From Amoebidium appalachense (taxonomy: Eukaryota; Protista; Ichthyosporea), in NCBI GenBank assembly GCA_963693365.1, contig CAVNZM010000014.1:6386001-6450000 (forward strand): DNA of 64,000 nucleotides, given 5' to 3'. Made by a program: the position numbers and the translations under genes. The notes beneath the pieces are model-generated. The model was not told where the DNA came from. It did no database searches and was given only the letters and a program-made list of their open reading frames with translations. This document shows, in pieces, positions 40,343-55,649 of the stretch (positions are counted from its first letter, which is position 1; every line of letters begins with the position of its first letter).

Positions 40343-40604
40343 CCCCGTTCTCTCCCTTCCCCTTCAACCAGCACAACTTGAACTGTTACAGTTCCACTCC
40401 CCCGAACATGTTATGTTAGAATGTGCAGCAGCCAGCTGCTCGTCCGCAAGGCTCTCTATCCCTATTACTAGCTGCCCCCCCCCCCTCTCCCCCCGCCCCC
40501 GGGGCCCCAACCCCACAGAGAGAGAGAACGAGAGAAGACACTAAAGGAGACAATGATATAGAGACTCGAAAGGGAGGGAGAAGAGAGATAGATAGATAGA
40601 TAGA

Positions 40605-40670
<66 letters not shown>

Positions 40671-40678
40671 TGAGAGTC

Positions 40679-40774
<96 letters not shown>

Positions 40775-41236
40775 ACACAGACACTACTAAGAGGATCTAC
40801 GGTACCGGTATAGTGAGCTTGCAGTTTGCAAGTTCAACATACGTGGTGATGTCCACCCCCTCCCCCTCTCCCCCCCCCCCCCCCCCCCCCCCCCCCTCCC
40901 CCCCCCCACACACGCGCGGCTTGTCCTAGTATGGTCGTGTCCGGCAGTTTCAGGGGAATAGATGCACATAGCAAGCACAAGCTTTCTATGCGAACACTCG
41001 TACAGGTTATCTGAAAACCGTTTATCAGAAAGTTTCCGGCACAACCCCATCCTTCAACCACCCCGTCCCGACCCCTTCACTTTCTCTTGCCCCCTCTCCC
41101 TCCCCCAGGCTCAGCACACAGTGGCCGGCACACTACACACACACACGTACGCACACACACAAACTCACACACACAGGCACACAGGCACAGACACAAACAC
41201 ACACAAAGACACACACACACACATGCACACACTCTC

Positions 41237-41323
<87 letters not shown>

Positions 41324-41324
41324 C

Positions 41325-41380
<56 letters not shown>

Positions 41381-43234
41381 ACCCCCTCCCCCTTCACAAG
41401 CGTACACAGTGTAACGTTTTCCCGTACTACCTTATTGTTTTCCCCTTGATTTACATTCTCTGCTACTGTCATCCCTGTAGTTTAGTCCCGTGCGCATGTA
41501 CCTGTTTCCTATACATATAGGCCAGGGTGGTCAGGGCCCTCTTGCCTGTATGCCTGCCTTCAGCCCCCCCCCCCCCCCCTTTTCTTGTGCCCCCCTCCCC
41601 CCCCCCCCCCCCCCCCAAAAAAAAAAAAAAAAAAAAAGAACTTCTCCGTCCCCATAGTCTCCTTTTTTCTTCTTTCTCTTCAAGTTCTTTCCTCCTTTCC
41701 GCCTCCCCTCCCTTTCTTCTTCCTTCAAAGTTTCGCCCCGCCCCTTCTCTCCTCTCCGTCCCTACCTCCCTCCTTTCACCTTTCTCCACCTCCCGGCTCT
41801 ACGACTTGTTTACCTGCCTGCACATCTCTGTCTTTTTCCTTCGCTCTGTATGTCGCTCTCAATCTTTCTAAGTCCCTTTCTTTCTCCCTCCCACTTTTTC
41901 TACCCATGATATTGTCACAAAAAGGGTCCAACCGTGACATTACGCATGAGCATGTGCACAGGGCGCTACTTTAGGTCTGACAGGCTGGAACACATGACCT
42001 ATGTAGGGTGGCTAAGCCGCTGGGCGCTTTGGTGTAACAAAGAGCCTTCTATAAGTACTTTATACAGTTTATAGCTTGTTAGAAATATACGCGCAGTACT
42101 AGTCATGAGAAAGTCTACAAAAAAGTTAAGAAGCAAAGAAGTTGAACAGTATAGTGTGTGGGCCTGCCGCGTACATATGTACTTTTGGCGGTGCGCGGCA
42201 AGGCTTCGTCCGCCAAAAGTCCTTGGCCGGGCGGTCAATCGATCGGTCGCAGATGCCACATTGGTCTGCCTGCCTGGCAGTGCCTGCTAGCACCACAGTG
42301 TACTATGTACATGTACAAACACGCACCGCAAGGCGCTCACTGGGCTAGGCTGGTTGCAACACTGTACAGTGCACTGTATACGTATGCTCACGGTATGCGC
42401 TCAGGCCTGAGACCGTCTGGATTTTTGCATGGAATCCCTTAAGCTTGAGTCCTGGGCTGTGAACATGTATGCATGCACATGTACACCTGCCCCTCTCTGC
42501 CTCCTCTTCATACATGCGTCCTTAGTCCTGCAAGTGATCATCATGAGTGCCATCGCGGCAACAGGTACCGGCCGTGGCACAGTTTGCCAAGCTAGCCCTC
42601 ATTTTTAGACTTCTTAGTACTACCGGGATTTCGAAATCCTACTGTAAAAGTCATCATGCCATGCTGCACCATTTTTAACTAGCCCCACTCCTTAATATTA
42701 GTTATGCCTGTGTATCTACAGCGTACCTAATATATACTAGACTAATAAATCTGCATTTTGGCCTCCGTCGGTGCTTTCCCCTGCGACAGGTGCTCTGCCT
42801 GCATATATTTTGCTTCGCACCACAAGTTAGTTGCCGGATCCTTCGCATGCGCACACGTCGTACAGATGGCTCCCCGATCAGCTAATATTAGAGATCTCAA
42901 GCGGTATGTACATGTGCCACGTGAGCACATGCACTGATGATCATTGAAGTGTGGCCGTAGTCTTTGTGTGTCTGCCCATCGGCCACACTTCAGAGTTGAC
43001 TGAGGAGACCGGCACGCGTACTTGATATGTAGACAGTTTATCATGAACAATCATGATCGACACTGCCATCCGTTTAAAGTGTCAGTCCTGCAAAGTACGT
43101 ACAGACAGCCTAGCTTCCCCCCCCCCCCCCTCCCCCCCCCCCCCCCCCCTCCCCCGGGCCCCCCATGCGCTACCCTCGAGCTCCCCTTCCCCAACGCGTG
43201 AGGGCCGCGCTTCCCCAATCATCCTCCTCCCCCC

Positions 43235-43269
<35 letters not shown>

Positions 43270-44202
43270 ACCCACCCACCCTATACCCCTCCCCCCACCC
43301 CCTCCCCCCACCCCCTCCCCCCACCCCCCCGTCGAGTCCCCGGACCCGCCCCTTCGAGTGAATCTTCTCCGGATATGATATCGATGATATGACCAGCGTA
43401 CTGCCTGAGCAACCTGTACATACATATGAACCAGCTACTGAGCTATCTATACCTTGGGCCTGGCAACGCCTGTCCAGGCTGTCGGCCGTTCGAATTCCGA
43501 CATCGACAACCAGCCTGGATACTGAGTAACTCGTTGATTAAAAGTGTCCTACAGTAGTAGTCATCCAAGATGATGCCTGGCTTAAAACTTAGTTTTATTG
43601 GTAACGTCTTACTTCGCACTCGGCTCACACTGCCAAATATGCAACCCCATGGGTGAACTGAACACATACATTTGTTTGCACATCGATATCTGACGAACTA
43701 ATACTGATTGCATGGCCATCAGATTCGGGCTGTGTGCTCGATGACACTTGAAGACCGTGTTGAATTTCTCGTTTTCCTCATATGGCATATGGTGTCTGAT
43801 TGTAGTGTTTGTTTCCCAATATTTGTATAAAGTCACTTACCCTTGGAACTCAACATTTGAGTGTGTATGTACTCGACCGTCGTCTTTTGAGATATCTGGG
43901 ATATCTCTTTTTTCATGTCCAACGAGAACATCAATAAAGTCATTATATAAAATAAAAAAATTGAATTACTCACACGAAGACTCGTTGACAACCATAAAAA
44001 GGGCTGAAACCTTCCGACTCGTTGAAACCTTCGACTCGACCCTCCGGTCCCGCCCCCCCCCCCCCCCCCCCCCCCGTCGAGCTCCCCCTTAGGCCTTCCC
44101 CGCAAACCCCCCCATTTCCCACCCAATCAAAAACTGCGGAAGAAGCAGCCTGTGGGGGAGGCCCGGGTGTACAGAGAGGCCCCGGGGGTGTTTTTTTTTT
44201 CC

Positions 44203-44236
<34 letters not shown>

Positions 44237-45873
44237 GAACTGAAAAGCTGGTTTTGGGAGGAAGCCTGATATACACACTTTGACTTCGGAAGACTTAAGT
44301 TCCATCAAATTTAAATACTCCCTCGATAGCTGTAGCTACAAGGAAATTCAATCCTCCTTCTGCTTTACTTCTTCGAATTCTCTTTGTCCCTGTATTCTCA
44401 TATGTCTCATTATCTGACTCTCTTCTTTCTCATCTTGCCCCAGTGCCCCCCCCCCCCCCCCCCCCTTCCCCTTCCTCCCCCCCCCCCCCCCTCCTTACCC
44501 CCGGGGACCGGGCTCTCCCCCTCCCCCCTCTTCTCATTTAAATTTCTCTCACTCTCTTCTCTTTTTTTCAGATTTTCTCGGTCTAGTCTCTCTCCCCCTC
44601 CCCCCCCCCCCCCCCTTCCCCTCTCCTCCCCCCCCCCTCCCCCCCCCCTTCTCTCTCTCCCTCTCTCCCTCCCTCCCTCCTTCCCTCCCTCCCCTCCTTA
44701 CCCCCCCCCCCCCGTCTCTCCGGCCTTCGCTCTCTCTCTCTCTCCCCCCCCCCCCCCCCCCATCCCCTCCCCCGGCCACGCCCCTTCCCCCCCTCTCTTC
44801 TCTCTCTCCCTTCCCCCCCCCCCCCCCCCCCCCCCTGCAGCCCCCCTTCTTTCTTTCGCCCCCTCTCCCCCCTCCCCGTTCTCTCTCTCTCTAGTGCTCT
44901 CTCCATGTCTCTCTACCCTCTCTTTCTCCCCCCCCCCCCCCCCTCTCCTCCCCCCCCCCCCCTCCCCCCCCTTTTCCCCTCCCTCATCCCAATCCCGTCA
45001 CCCACACATGCCCTCCCTCCAATTCCTCTCCCCCTCAGCTCTCGACACTGCCCCCCCTCCCTCCCCCCCCCCCCCCCCCCCCCCCCCCCTCCCCCCCTCC
45101 ATCCCTCCCAATCTTTGCTCTCCATATCGACCGAGTTTCTCTGTCTCGCTCGAACACATAATCAGCACTCACCCATCCTTGGCAAATGGGTGATCCCCCC
45201 CCCCCCCCCCGCCCCCCTCCCCGCCCCCTTCTCTCCCCCCCACCCCCCCCCCCCCCCCCCCCCCCCCACCCCCCCCCCCCCTTCCCCTCTGCGCTGATTA
45301 CATGTTTGGTGGGCTTCAACCGCCGGTGTGATAGGCCAAAAATCACGAAAAACAAAGTGTGTCGTCTCGTAGAAGGTACATATTTGGTTCTGTTAAGGTG
45401 ACTTTAAATTCACAGGTAAATGATTCTACAGGAGAGTTACAGAAAGAATTCTGGAGTTGTTATTGTCATGATCGAATTAAGGAGCTAATATTAGAAACAC
45501 CACCCCACAGTCCTAATGGGAGTGAGTGCTTAAGCGGTCACAAGTCAGGTTACATGTATTAGGTCAGTTCGGCTCGAATCGGATTGTGTTTTATGGGTCG
45601 GGTTGAGAGGGTCGGGTCGGGTGGACAATCAAAATCACGGTTCTGTGACCATTGAAGAGCAAAAGAACGAAGACTTGTTGAACTTCAAATCAAACCTTTG
45701 GTGCATTTGCCCTCTTCTTTAAAAGGTAGCGAGAAAATGACAATTAGGTCACTTTTAGGCCTGACACTTGATTTGGACAGTGTGGCAGGGATCCCTCTGG
45801 CCCTTGGGGAGAAGAGGAGGAGGATGGGTGGGAGCTGTGTGTGTGCCACGGTGTGTGTGTGTGTGTGGGTGTG

Positions 45874-45941
<68 letters not shown>

Positions 45942-46267
45942 TTTTTGGGGGGGGGGGGGGGGGGGGGGGTGGCAGAGGAAGGGGGGAGGGAGGGAGAGGC
46001 GGGGGGTGAGGGGGGGGGGGTGAGGGGGGGATGGGTGGGTGGGTGGGTGGGTGGGGGGGGGGGAGGAGGGGGGGGGAGTAGGAGTTGGCTGTTAGAAGAC
46101 ACTCGCTTATCAATTTAGTAACAACGTGTGTTGTGACGAGCATGGGTCCCCTTAGAGTGCCTGTCCACACAGAAGATCCTACATTTTTGAGGGGTGCCAT
46201 ACATTCCAATGCATGCATGAGGCTGTAGCCGTCCCCACAAACTTAGCTGCACTGCCCCGCACAGAAG

Positions 46268-46301
<34 letters not shown>

Positions 46302-46428
46302 GAGGAAGGGGGGGGGGGGGGGGGAGGGCTATAGACGGCAAGTTGGTGTGTGGGTGGTCTCCTTGGCTGGTGGCTGCGGTGTTCAGTGGCTCACTCTGTG
46401 CTAGCGTAAATTTTTTTTTTTTTTGGGT

Positions 46429-46469
<41 letters not shown>

Positions 46470-46522
46470 TGGGGCGGGGAGAGGGATGGGCGAGTAGTTG
46501 GGTGGGTGGGTGAGGGGCGGGG

Positions 46523-46558
<36 letters not shown>

Positions 46559-46674
46559 GGCCAAAGGGGGGATGGGAGGAAGGGGGGGGGCTGTGTATGT
46601 TAGGAGTTGTATTAAACTGTGTATTCAGGCATGTGCAGTACTGCCAGTGAACACATGTGAGCTCGGAACAACCC

Positions 46675-46709
<35 letters not shown>

Positions 46710-47888
46710 AACCACACACACATACCCAACAAACACCGACCTTTTTTCAGAAAAGAGGAGAAGGGGTGGATGGGTGGCTGCACCCGTGTGTGAGGGGAGG
46801 GAGGGGGGGGAGGGGCTGGAGGAGGGGGAGGAGGTTGAGGGAGGCTTCTCAAACAAATTTATCCCCGAAAAGCCCGTCAAGTCTGTAGAAGTTTGTCAAA
46901 ATGTCATTTGTCGGAATCTTGTGCGAGGACAGGGCTATCTTGTGTACGGACGATTTGGCGCGGAGCGGCTCTGTGATTCCCCATCCTCCCTTCCTCCTCC
47001 CCCCCCCCCCCCTCTTCTCCCCCCCCCTCTTCTCCCCCCCCCCCCCTCTTCTCCCCCCCCCCCTCTTCTCCCCCCCCCCCCCCCCCTCTTCTCCCCCCCC
47101 CCCCCCTCTTCTCCCCCCCCCCCCTCTTCTCCCCCTCCTCTCCCCGGGGTGGGTCCACCCACCACCCACTTCTCTTAACCACATATCCCAAACTGGGAGG
47201 GTAACACCGGGTACTAGTTTCTTAATGTGAATCTTCAGCTCTGTTCACAGCGCAGTTAGATTGATGCCTTTTGCTCCCAGCCACATACTTCCGGCACTTA
47301 AAATAGATTTCATTGACCGGGGCAAAAGATATCCGATAAGGATAGATTTACTGGTATATCCGAAAGCATTTTCTGATATTTAATGTTTATAGAACATAGG
47401 ACATAGACAAACACGACATTATGAAGCAACGCAACACAAATGTGCACACGACATGCTTAGTAGATACGGTGATACGGAAGCATTCTATACACTGAGCGAC
47501 ACATGTACAATAAGCGAAATAAACATCTAGGGATCTCGCCCAAATATGGCGCCCATATATGGCTAATAAACTGTACACTCATGAAATGTCTGCTGAAATA
47601 TAAAACCGAAGAGATGATCATATTCGCGCATTGCCTACATCATTTGAGATTGAGATAATGGAAGTATTGACATACAGTCAATGCTGTAATATTCGCCTTA
47701 CGCTGGCCTACATTTCCCACCTCGTGACTTCTCCCCCCTCCCCCCCCTTCCCCCGCACACTCCACCACCAGTAGCAGCTCCCCCCGTCCCCCCCCCCCCC
47801 CCCCCCCTCCCCCTCTCCCCCTTCTCAGACATGCGCCCACACGTGCGCACACATACACACGCACACACACACTCGTGCACACACACAC

Positions 47889-47932
<44 letters not shown>

Positions 47933-47947
47933 GGACACACAGACACA

Positions 47948-48044
<97 letters not shown>

Positions 48045-48061
48045 GGACACACAGACACACA

Positions 48062-48105
<44 letters not shown>

Positions 48106-48786
48106 GATGTGCGCATGCACGTGTAGTGTGTGGGTTTGTATGTGTGTGAGTGTTCGTTTTTTTTGTTTGTTTGTTTGGGGGGGGAACAGGGCAGGGGGAG
48201 GGGGAGGGGGTTGAGCGGCAGGACGGAGGAGGGGGGGGGGGGGGGTTTGACCCCACATGTATGATGCGCCAGAAAGAATTGAAGTTTACAGAGTCTTAAG
48301 ACTCAAAATTCATTCAGAAGGCAGCCAACCAGTGGCCTGCACCATATTTCGCTTAAATTTTAACCGCATGTCATCATTGAAATTCATACACTACTTCAAC
48401 ATTAAAATACAGTTACACATGGAAGGAAGTCCATGTAACCCCCTCCCCCCCTTCCCCCCCCCCCCCCCCCCCCTCCCCCCCCCCCTCCCCCCTTTCTCCC
48501 TCTCTTTCGAATGGTAAAGGTTCGATCGCATCGTTCTATATACAAATGCTGTACATTTCCTCTGAATACTTTTATCAAAAAAAATTTAAAATAAGGCCAT
48601 TCTATTGGCTCATGTTCTTTTAGTCTAATCACTATTGGCGATGTGCCGTTTCAGTCCCTATTGATATCCCAAGGACGTAAAAGACCACAAAGACTGTGTC
48701 GCCGCCCAAAGAAAGAATGTCCTAGGAGATCATGTCATTACGCCTGTGACCGAATATGCCCGAGGGGTATTTATCCCCTCCCCACC

Positions 48787-48863
<77 letters not shown>

Positions 48864-48967
48864 TGCGCGTGCGCGCGTGCGCGTGCAAGTGTGTGCTTGC
48901 ATGTGTGAATGTGTGCGCACATGTGTGTCTGTGTGTGCGTGTGTGTGCATTGTATGTAAGTGTAAAT

Positions 48968-50000
48968 CTAGGGAGTACGTGGCATCATGTGGTGTGAAGT
49001 TGTGGGTGCCAAAGCAAGCATCCTCTCAACCCGATGCACCTCCTCCGAATTCATAAAAACCCCCAAACCCTGGTCGGAAATTGGGTCGAAGTCCCTTTCC
49101 TCCCTCATAGCCGCCTGCAATTCCGGGTGTCCGATTGTTGCACCCCCCCTGGAGGAAAGTCTAAATTCGACTGGCTGCCGTCGTACCCCGCGAGTATACA
49201 AACTGTCGTTTGAAAGTTCGTATAGGTCACCCCTTTCCGATAAATCCGACCTGCTCCCGCTAATGGGCTTCAGGAAATTCTGAAAAGTGGACATACTCCT
49301 TGGGGTAAGGGACTGCTTTGAAACCCCCCTAATTTCAGGGTAGTCCGTGGGGTTGTTTATGTCTCCCTGGCTGCGCGTCGGTTTCAGTTTTCGAACGGAC
49401 AAACGGGTACTTGAGGAGGTGTTCCCCCTACACTCTTCGGAAATCTCGTTGTGAATTTTCACGTCGATAGGCCCGATTGCCGATTGCGTACGATAAATGG
49501 GTCGTCCGGATATCATGGGAGACACGGTCGGTTCTGGGGGTGCCGGAGTAGACACAGGTGTGGGGGTCTGCCTAATGTTCGGTGAATTTTCGGGCAATTT
49601 TCGTTCACGCGCTGGTGCTGATGTCTTATTTATTGGGGGTACAGTATCGAGAAAACTTGAAAGTGACATCATTTCGTCCGAAGCCTCTACCAACGGGGGA
49701 TTTACCTCGTTGAGAAATCCGGAAAGCGACATCAATTCACTGGAACTGCTCCGAATTTGCAGGGGGGGGGGTTGTTGTGTGGGCAGGACAGGGTCACTTG
49801 ATGCTTTTGAAGAGGGGCCCATGCCTGGAAGGGAGGCTCTGCGGACAATATTTCGCAAAATTTGTGGAATTCGGTGACGGAACTCCCCCGGAGCTGTGGA
49901 ACGACGTGGTCTACCCTTTGGTTTCCTGTTTTTTTGAAAGATCAAAAAACCGTTAGTTTCTGAGTCATCTTCTCTATTCCAAGGCTACAATGACCCCCAG

Positions 50001-50032
<32 letters not shown>

Positions 50033-50145
50033 TTCCCCGCGGCCAAATCCCCCCCCCCCCCCCCCCCCAACCTCCTTTCTCTGGGGGTTCGTGGTTGAAG
50101 CACCCCTCCCCCTCCCCCCCCTCTTCCTCCAGCCTCCCCCCCCCT

Positions 50146-50177
<32 letters not shown>

Positions 50178-50458
50178 CTTTTGTTTTTTTTACAATCACA
50201 TCCACCCCAACTCGCGAATACCTACATATGTGCCGGAGTATTAAAGAAGGGATGGTTGGCTTTCATGCGTATGTGATCACTCAGCGAGTTGCGAGTGACA
50301 TTATGCGCAGCTGTGTGTTCTGCTGCTATTTGTGTGTCCACACACACGTACCTGTGGACATGTCCGTGTACGTGTGTGCATGTGTGTGTGTGTGCATGTG
50401 TGTGCATGTGTGTGTGTGCGAACACATATTTTTTTTTTCGCGATTGTGTGTTTTTTTT

Positions 50459-50508
<50 letters not shown>

Positions 50509-51163
50509 GGGGGGGGGGGGGAGGGGGGAGGGGGGGGGGGGGATTCCTACCTTTTAGATGGGTTTGCCTCCTCTGTTTTTGCCGCTGAAGCAGCCACCTG
50601 ACTGAGAAGACCCGAAACACTGCCCATGGGGGGTGCCTTTGCGTAAATCATGCCGGCACTACCTCTCCGTGTTGGTGCAGCATCCGAAATGTTCCGTGTG
50701 ACGGGGGGTTTCAAAGCGGTTTGGTCGCATTCGGGATAGGTTTGCAGGCTGGGGGCCGATACATTATTCAGCAGATAGGGAATGCTTATTGCTTCACGCA
50801 TTCCTTGGAGGGGCTCATATTCGTCTTTGCAGGCTTTGTAACCCCGTTTTTCCAACGCCGGCATGTCCGCCGAGATTTCTGGTGCTATAGGAGAGTAGAT
50901 TGCCGCGTTTTTAGTGTTCATGTTGTCTTTCCGACACGCGTTCACACCTTCACAGGCCAAATCATCACCTGCTATCGATTGGTTGGATTTAAAGCGGTGT
51001 TGGTGGTTGAGCAGGGCTACCTCATAGTTGAAGTTTGGAGAAGAAACAGGTCTGCAGGGGAAAGGGAGGGAAATGTTGAGAAAAATTGGCATGCAAATTT
51101 TCGACGTAGTGTAGGCTTTGCAAGAAACGGACGTGCCCGGGTGAGTGAGTGAATGAGTGTTTC

Positions 51164-51262
<99 letters not shown>

Positions 51263-52420
51263 CCCACGGTGGCACTGTGTTTTGTCCCCGATAAGTGTCG
51301 GTGCGTGTGTGACTGAGTGTGTATGTGTGTGTGTGCACACGGTGGTGTGTGTGTGTGTGCGTTTGTGTTTGTGTGTGTGCACACGCGCACGCATGTGTGT
51401 ACACATACGCGTGTGTGCGTGTCATTGGGGGTGCACCGTGAAGGAAGAGGCCACCAACCCACACGTCATTAGCTCCCACTTCCCCTTCTTGGCATACTGT
51501 TAGGCACACCGTTCACCATCTATGGTGCTAGTGTCTATCATAATAGTGTGTGTCAAGTCCTTTTGAGCACTGAGCCACTGCATGAGCCGTGAACTAGTGA
51601 GCCATCACGCTTCTGTCAAAATAGCTGACGTAGTTTAGATAACAGCTGATAGCAGTTTGACGTGTTTTTTCACACTTGACAGGTACGTGTCACATGGGCT
51701 GTAAACCAAAGGCAAAAGAGACGGGAAGAGGTGGGGCTACAGTGAAACCTGCGGCTAGCCAGTACCAAAGAGTAGACTCGATCGCGAATGCCATTCACAG
51801 TTTCCTACCCAGCAAAGCGTTTACTAAACTGATCTTCTTTTCTAGTTTCTATAAGTAGCAGTAGTACCAGTACCCCGAATCTTGTTTGCACTTTGAAAAC
51901 AACTATATGTCGAAGCCTTGCTCGACCATTACCGCAACTAACATCCCTCCTGTGCGTCTGTGTGCTCTCAGTTCCGCTATGTGAACCTTAGCTTGTGGCT
52001 TCAAAGTCCATCATACGGTATATAGAGATGTGCACACTGGATGCGTACAGTTATATATATCTAGTCAACTAACACCCCGTAGAGGGACCGAGTACGCACG
52101 AATGAAGGGGATTAAAAAAGCAAGCAGTGTGCGAGCAAATGGGAATGGCAATGGCATAGAGGTCGAGTGAGCGATGGGGGGCTGGGCGTGTTGTGTACAT
52201 CGACACTATCAGCCAGAAACTAAATGAAACAGGAATATGCTTACCTCAGTTTGCTCTCGCTCGTCAGTTCTTTGCGCGCGCACCTCTTCTTTTCCGGTGA
52301 GCCCACATCTCCTGCCCCCGCTGCCCACAAAAGAAGTGACGGTTCACTTGTGGAAAGCCGTAGGACATTTTCTCTGACCACGTGCATAGGCACGTGTTTG
52401 AAAGATATTTGTGTCGCCAT
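48968..52420 (-). CDS. Orphan Ser/Pro/Arg-rich, probably disordered protein; multi-exon, 5' structure uncertain
   Basis: Two long high-complexity exons, ~51051-50551 and 49925-48968, join in frame (AAAAG|GTAGGA donor; ACTAAC branch point and AAACAG acceptor) giving ...[14 protein letters not shown].... A phase-compatible first exon 52420-52245 ends in GAG|GTAAGC. Extra small exons (~51975-51874, ~51496-51437), an upstream acceptor at ~51165 and a further 3' exon (48721-48651) are possible. Confidence 0.6.
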
Positions 52421-54820
52421 GGTACTGTGTGCATATCCGTGCCCCGTACATGTGTCTCTGAATATGGGGCACTTGCAATGGTACGGGATGGCTGTCGTGA
52501 GGGTATAGAGCATCTCATGGATGTGGTCGTGTGTGATGCATGTGCAATGGCATGTAATCCTAGATTGAATCGTCAAAGAAACGACCGAAAGTTCTTTATA
52601 GGCGTGTGTGCACTATACTACGGGCGTGTTGTTTGAACCTTTTTAGCGACCATGGTGTGATGTGCATAGGAAGTTGCAGTGATCCTGAGGTCGATAAGGC
52701 AGTTTCAATGCAAGGACTCAGAGCTAAAACATAACTGCCATAAAAACTGCTGATTAGGAGGCTGTGAGCGGAGAGTTCAAGTAGTTACTTCGTTCAGTTT
52801 CTACGAAGGAAAACTTTGGGATTCATTTCACGGTGCAAAAAACGACCAATAATTAGTGGTTCCTATCCAGACAGCACATGTACACTACAAGTTAGAATCT
52901 GTTAACCAGGAGGCTAATCCTGACCTCTACAATGCTCTAGCGCACGGATTATAAACAATGGTGCAACCTACGTGTTCTTGAACAGAATCATGAAGCGGGT
53001 GTTGATAGCTATTGTACATATGTGCATTACTCGGACTGACAAATGTCACCCAGCCCACACCTTTGCCCACAACGCAAGCCTGCACGTGCATATGTGGAAT
53101 CTGTGGAATCCATTCCAGAGCTGATAAAATCTTATTGCTTAGAGCGGTGGCAAATAATAAAAGTACTCCAGCTATTCAACACAGTGCTACATTCAGTAGA
53201 AAAAGAAATATTGGGACTTTTTTAATCAGAGGCTCTACAAATATGATAATTAATTCACATCAATCAACTTTTTTTCCATTATATTGCTTGGTATTAGTTA
53301 GGCTTTATCTAATAATTACTGAACAGGCTTTTGAAATTCTTTACCGCCTTCTGATTGTAGTTCTATCTAATACATGCAAGAAAGGGAGTCAGTTTGTCTC
53401 AAAGCATAATATGACACTAATGTTGCTCTTTAAGTACACAACTTTTTTTATGTCAGTATTTTTCTTCACAAGGTCTATTAGGACCTAATGTACATATATT
53501 ATCGAATCGATATCACCTCGAGCTCGTTTTAGGTGACATAATTGTTCTGAGAATATCTGAAGTATGTTTACACAAAACAGAGACAAAAAAAAATATACAT
53601 AACCATAATATTGTACTAAATGGCATTACAACTACCACGCACACATCAAAAATGCTGCGAATCGCCAGGCTGATCAAGACAACATCTGATTGGCCAAACG
53701 TATTGCATTGGCATGCAGGCTGATGAAGCACGTACTATCAGTTTCCGCACGTGCCTTTTATACCCGTAGCTATATATAGACGAGCTCTGTATATCGATTC
53801 GATTCGATTGTCTAAGTGTTTTTCTCGTGCATCACAAAGTATTATATACAATATTCACATAGCATATAAGCAATTGTTCGTATTGACGTTTTCTCTCGAC
53901 TTTTTTTGACCTGGAAACACGGGCACCGTCGATATCGCACGTGAATCGTACGGGGCTGCCGCGTGAGCTGGTGCTGCGCGTGCACCGAATGACATCATTG
54001 ACATTTTTTTCATCAAGTTGACATGGCGACGACGATGACAGGATGATGGCCCTGTGTACAGTGGTACTACGCACGTGGGCTGTGTGCGTGACACAGTCCG
54101 TGCACCCGCCGTGCTGGCCGTGCCCCTTCGAAGCTTCATTCACGAGGGCTGTACAAGGCTTGCAAAGTCACGGAAAGTGTAGCCTGTCACCAGAAACTTG
54201 TACAACTTGTACAAAACTTGCATCGCAGGGGTGACCGCCCCGTGGCCACGAATTCGAATCTACACTACCTACTGGCAGCCTTATTCTATTATTAGGTTAG
54301 CTAGTATAACGACTCAGCCTGGGTGACGGCCCGTCCTCAGTATCACCGTACAAACAGTTGTTGCATTTGCAGCTGCAGCTGCACCGCCGGATTGATGCCA
54401 GTTCCGAACACACCCACATGTGCACACAAACACACACACACATGTGCACGCACACACACACACCACCACACACATACACAAACGTACACACACACACACA
54501 CACACACATGCACACACACACACGGCACACACACGCACTTGAACAGTTACTACACACACAGTGTCATGTGTACACAAACACAAACACACACACACACACA
54601 CGGACACACTTAGTATTACACAAACGCACGCACACACACACACTGCCAATACAGACACACACACAACACACCCACACACACACACACACGTCACCTGGCA
54701 GACACACGTACCATGTACACACACGCTGCCAATTAATACGGAGTCCGACATAGGCTGAGACACACGTGTATGACATTGACGGTACACGCACACACCGTGT
54801 ACCGTGGACACACACGTGCA

Positions 54821-54896
<76 letters not shown>

Positions 54897-55311
54897 GATA
54901 CACACACACCCGTGCACACACGCACGCACACACACACATACACACACATAATGATACACACACACACAGTGTCACACACACAAGGGATTTTACCGAAAAA
55001 TTTGACCTAAAGTTTTTTAAAAGTTTTTTTTTATATGTTTTTTCGTGATTTGCTTGAGCAGATCAAACTGTTTTGCTGGTATCTCAGTGTACGTGTGCAG
55101 GGGGTATAACAACACACTAACTGTGAAAACTTGGTGTATTTTGGTTGAACGGTTCCCAAGTTATTACATTTTTAATTTTTTGAAACGTGCATAACGTTAT
55201 GCTCAAACCTGCATAACGTTATACAATTTTACTTTAAGTAAATGTAAATTTGCCTCATCAAAAAATTCGTTAAAGTGCCTTACACACGCACACACTGTGT
55301 CACACACCGTA

Positions 55312-55407
<96 letters not shown>

Positions 55408-55603
55408 GTGACACACACACACACACACACAGAGATTGATCTATTTCCGATATACGGGTGTCTGCGTGTATACGTGTGTGTAGGTGTTTGTGTGTGTAGG
55501 TGTTTGTGTGTGATGGTGTGTGTATGTTGTATGTGATTGTGGGTGTGTTTGTATACGTGTTTGTGTGTGTATTATACAGATGTGGTCACCCCGGGTTGTT
55601 GGG

Positions 55604-55634
<31 letters not shown>

Positions 55635-55649
55635 ATGCGAGTTGGTGCA

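Noticed and set aside
42700-47000. High-complexity islands between C/G runs with some splice-like signals
   Set aside because: No consistent reading frame or recognisable homology could be assembled.
51017-51165. Minus-strand peptide RETLIHSLT...[20 protein letters not shown] resembling a RasGEF REM motif
   Set aside because: It ends in a stop after ~49 aa, no CDC25 domain follows, and it overlaps the frame used by the longer ORF; probably chance.
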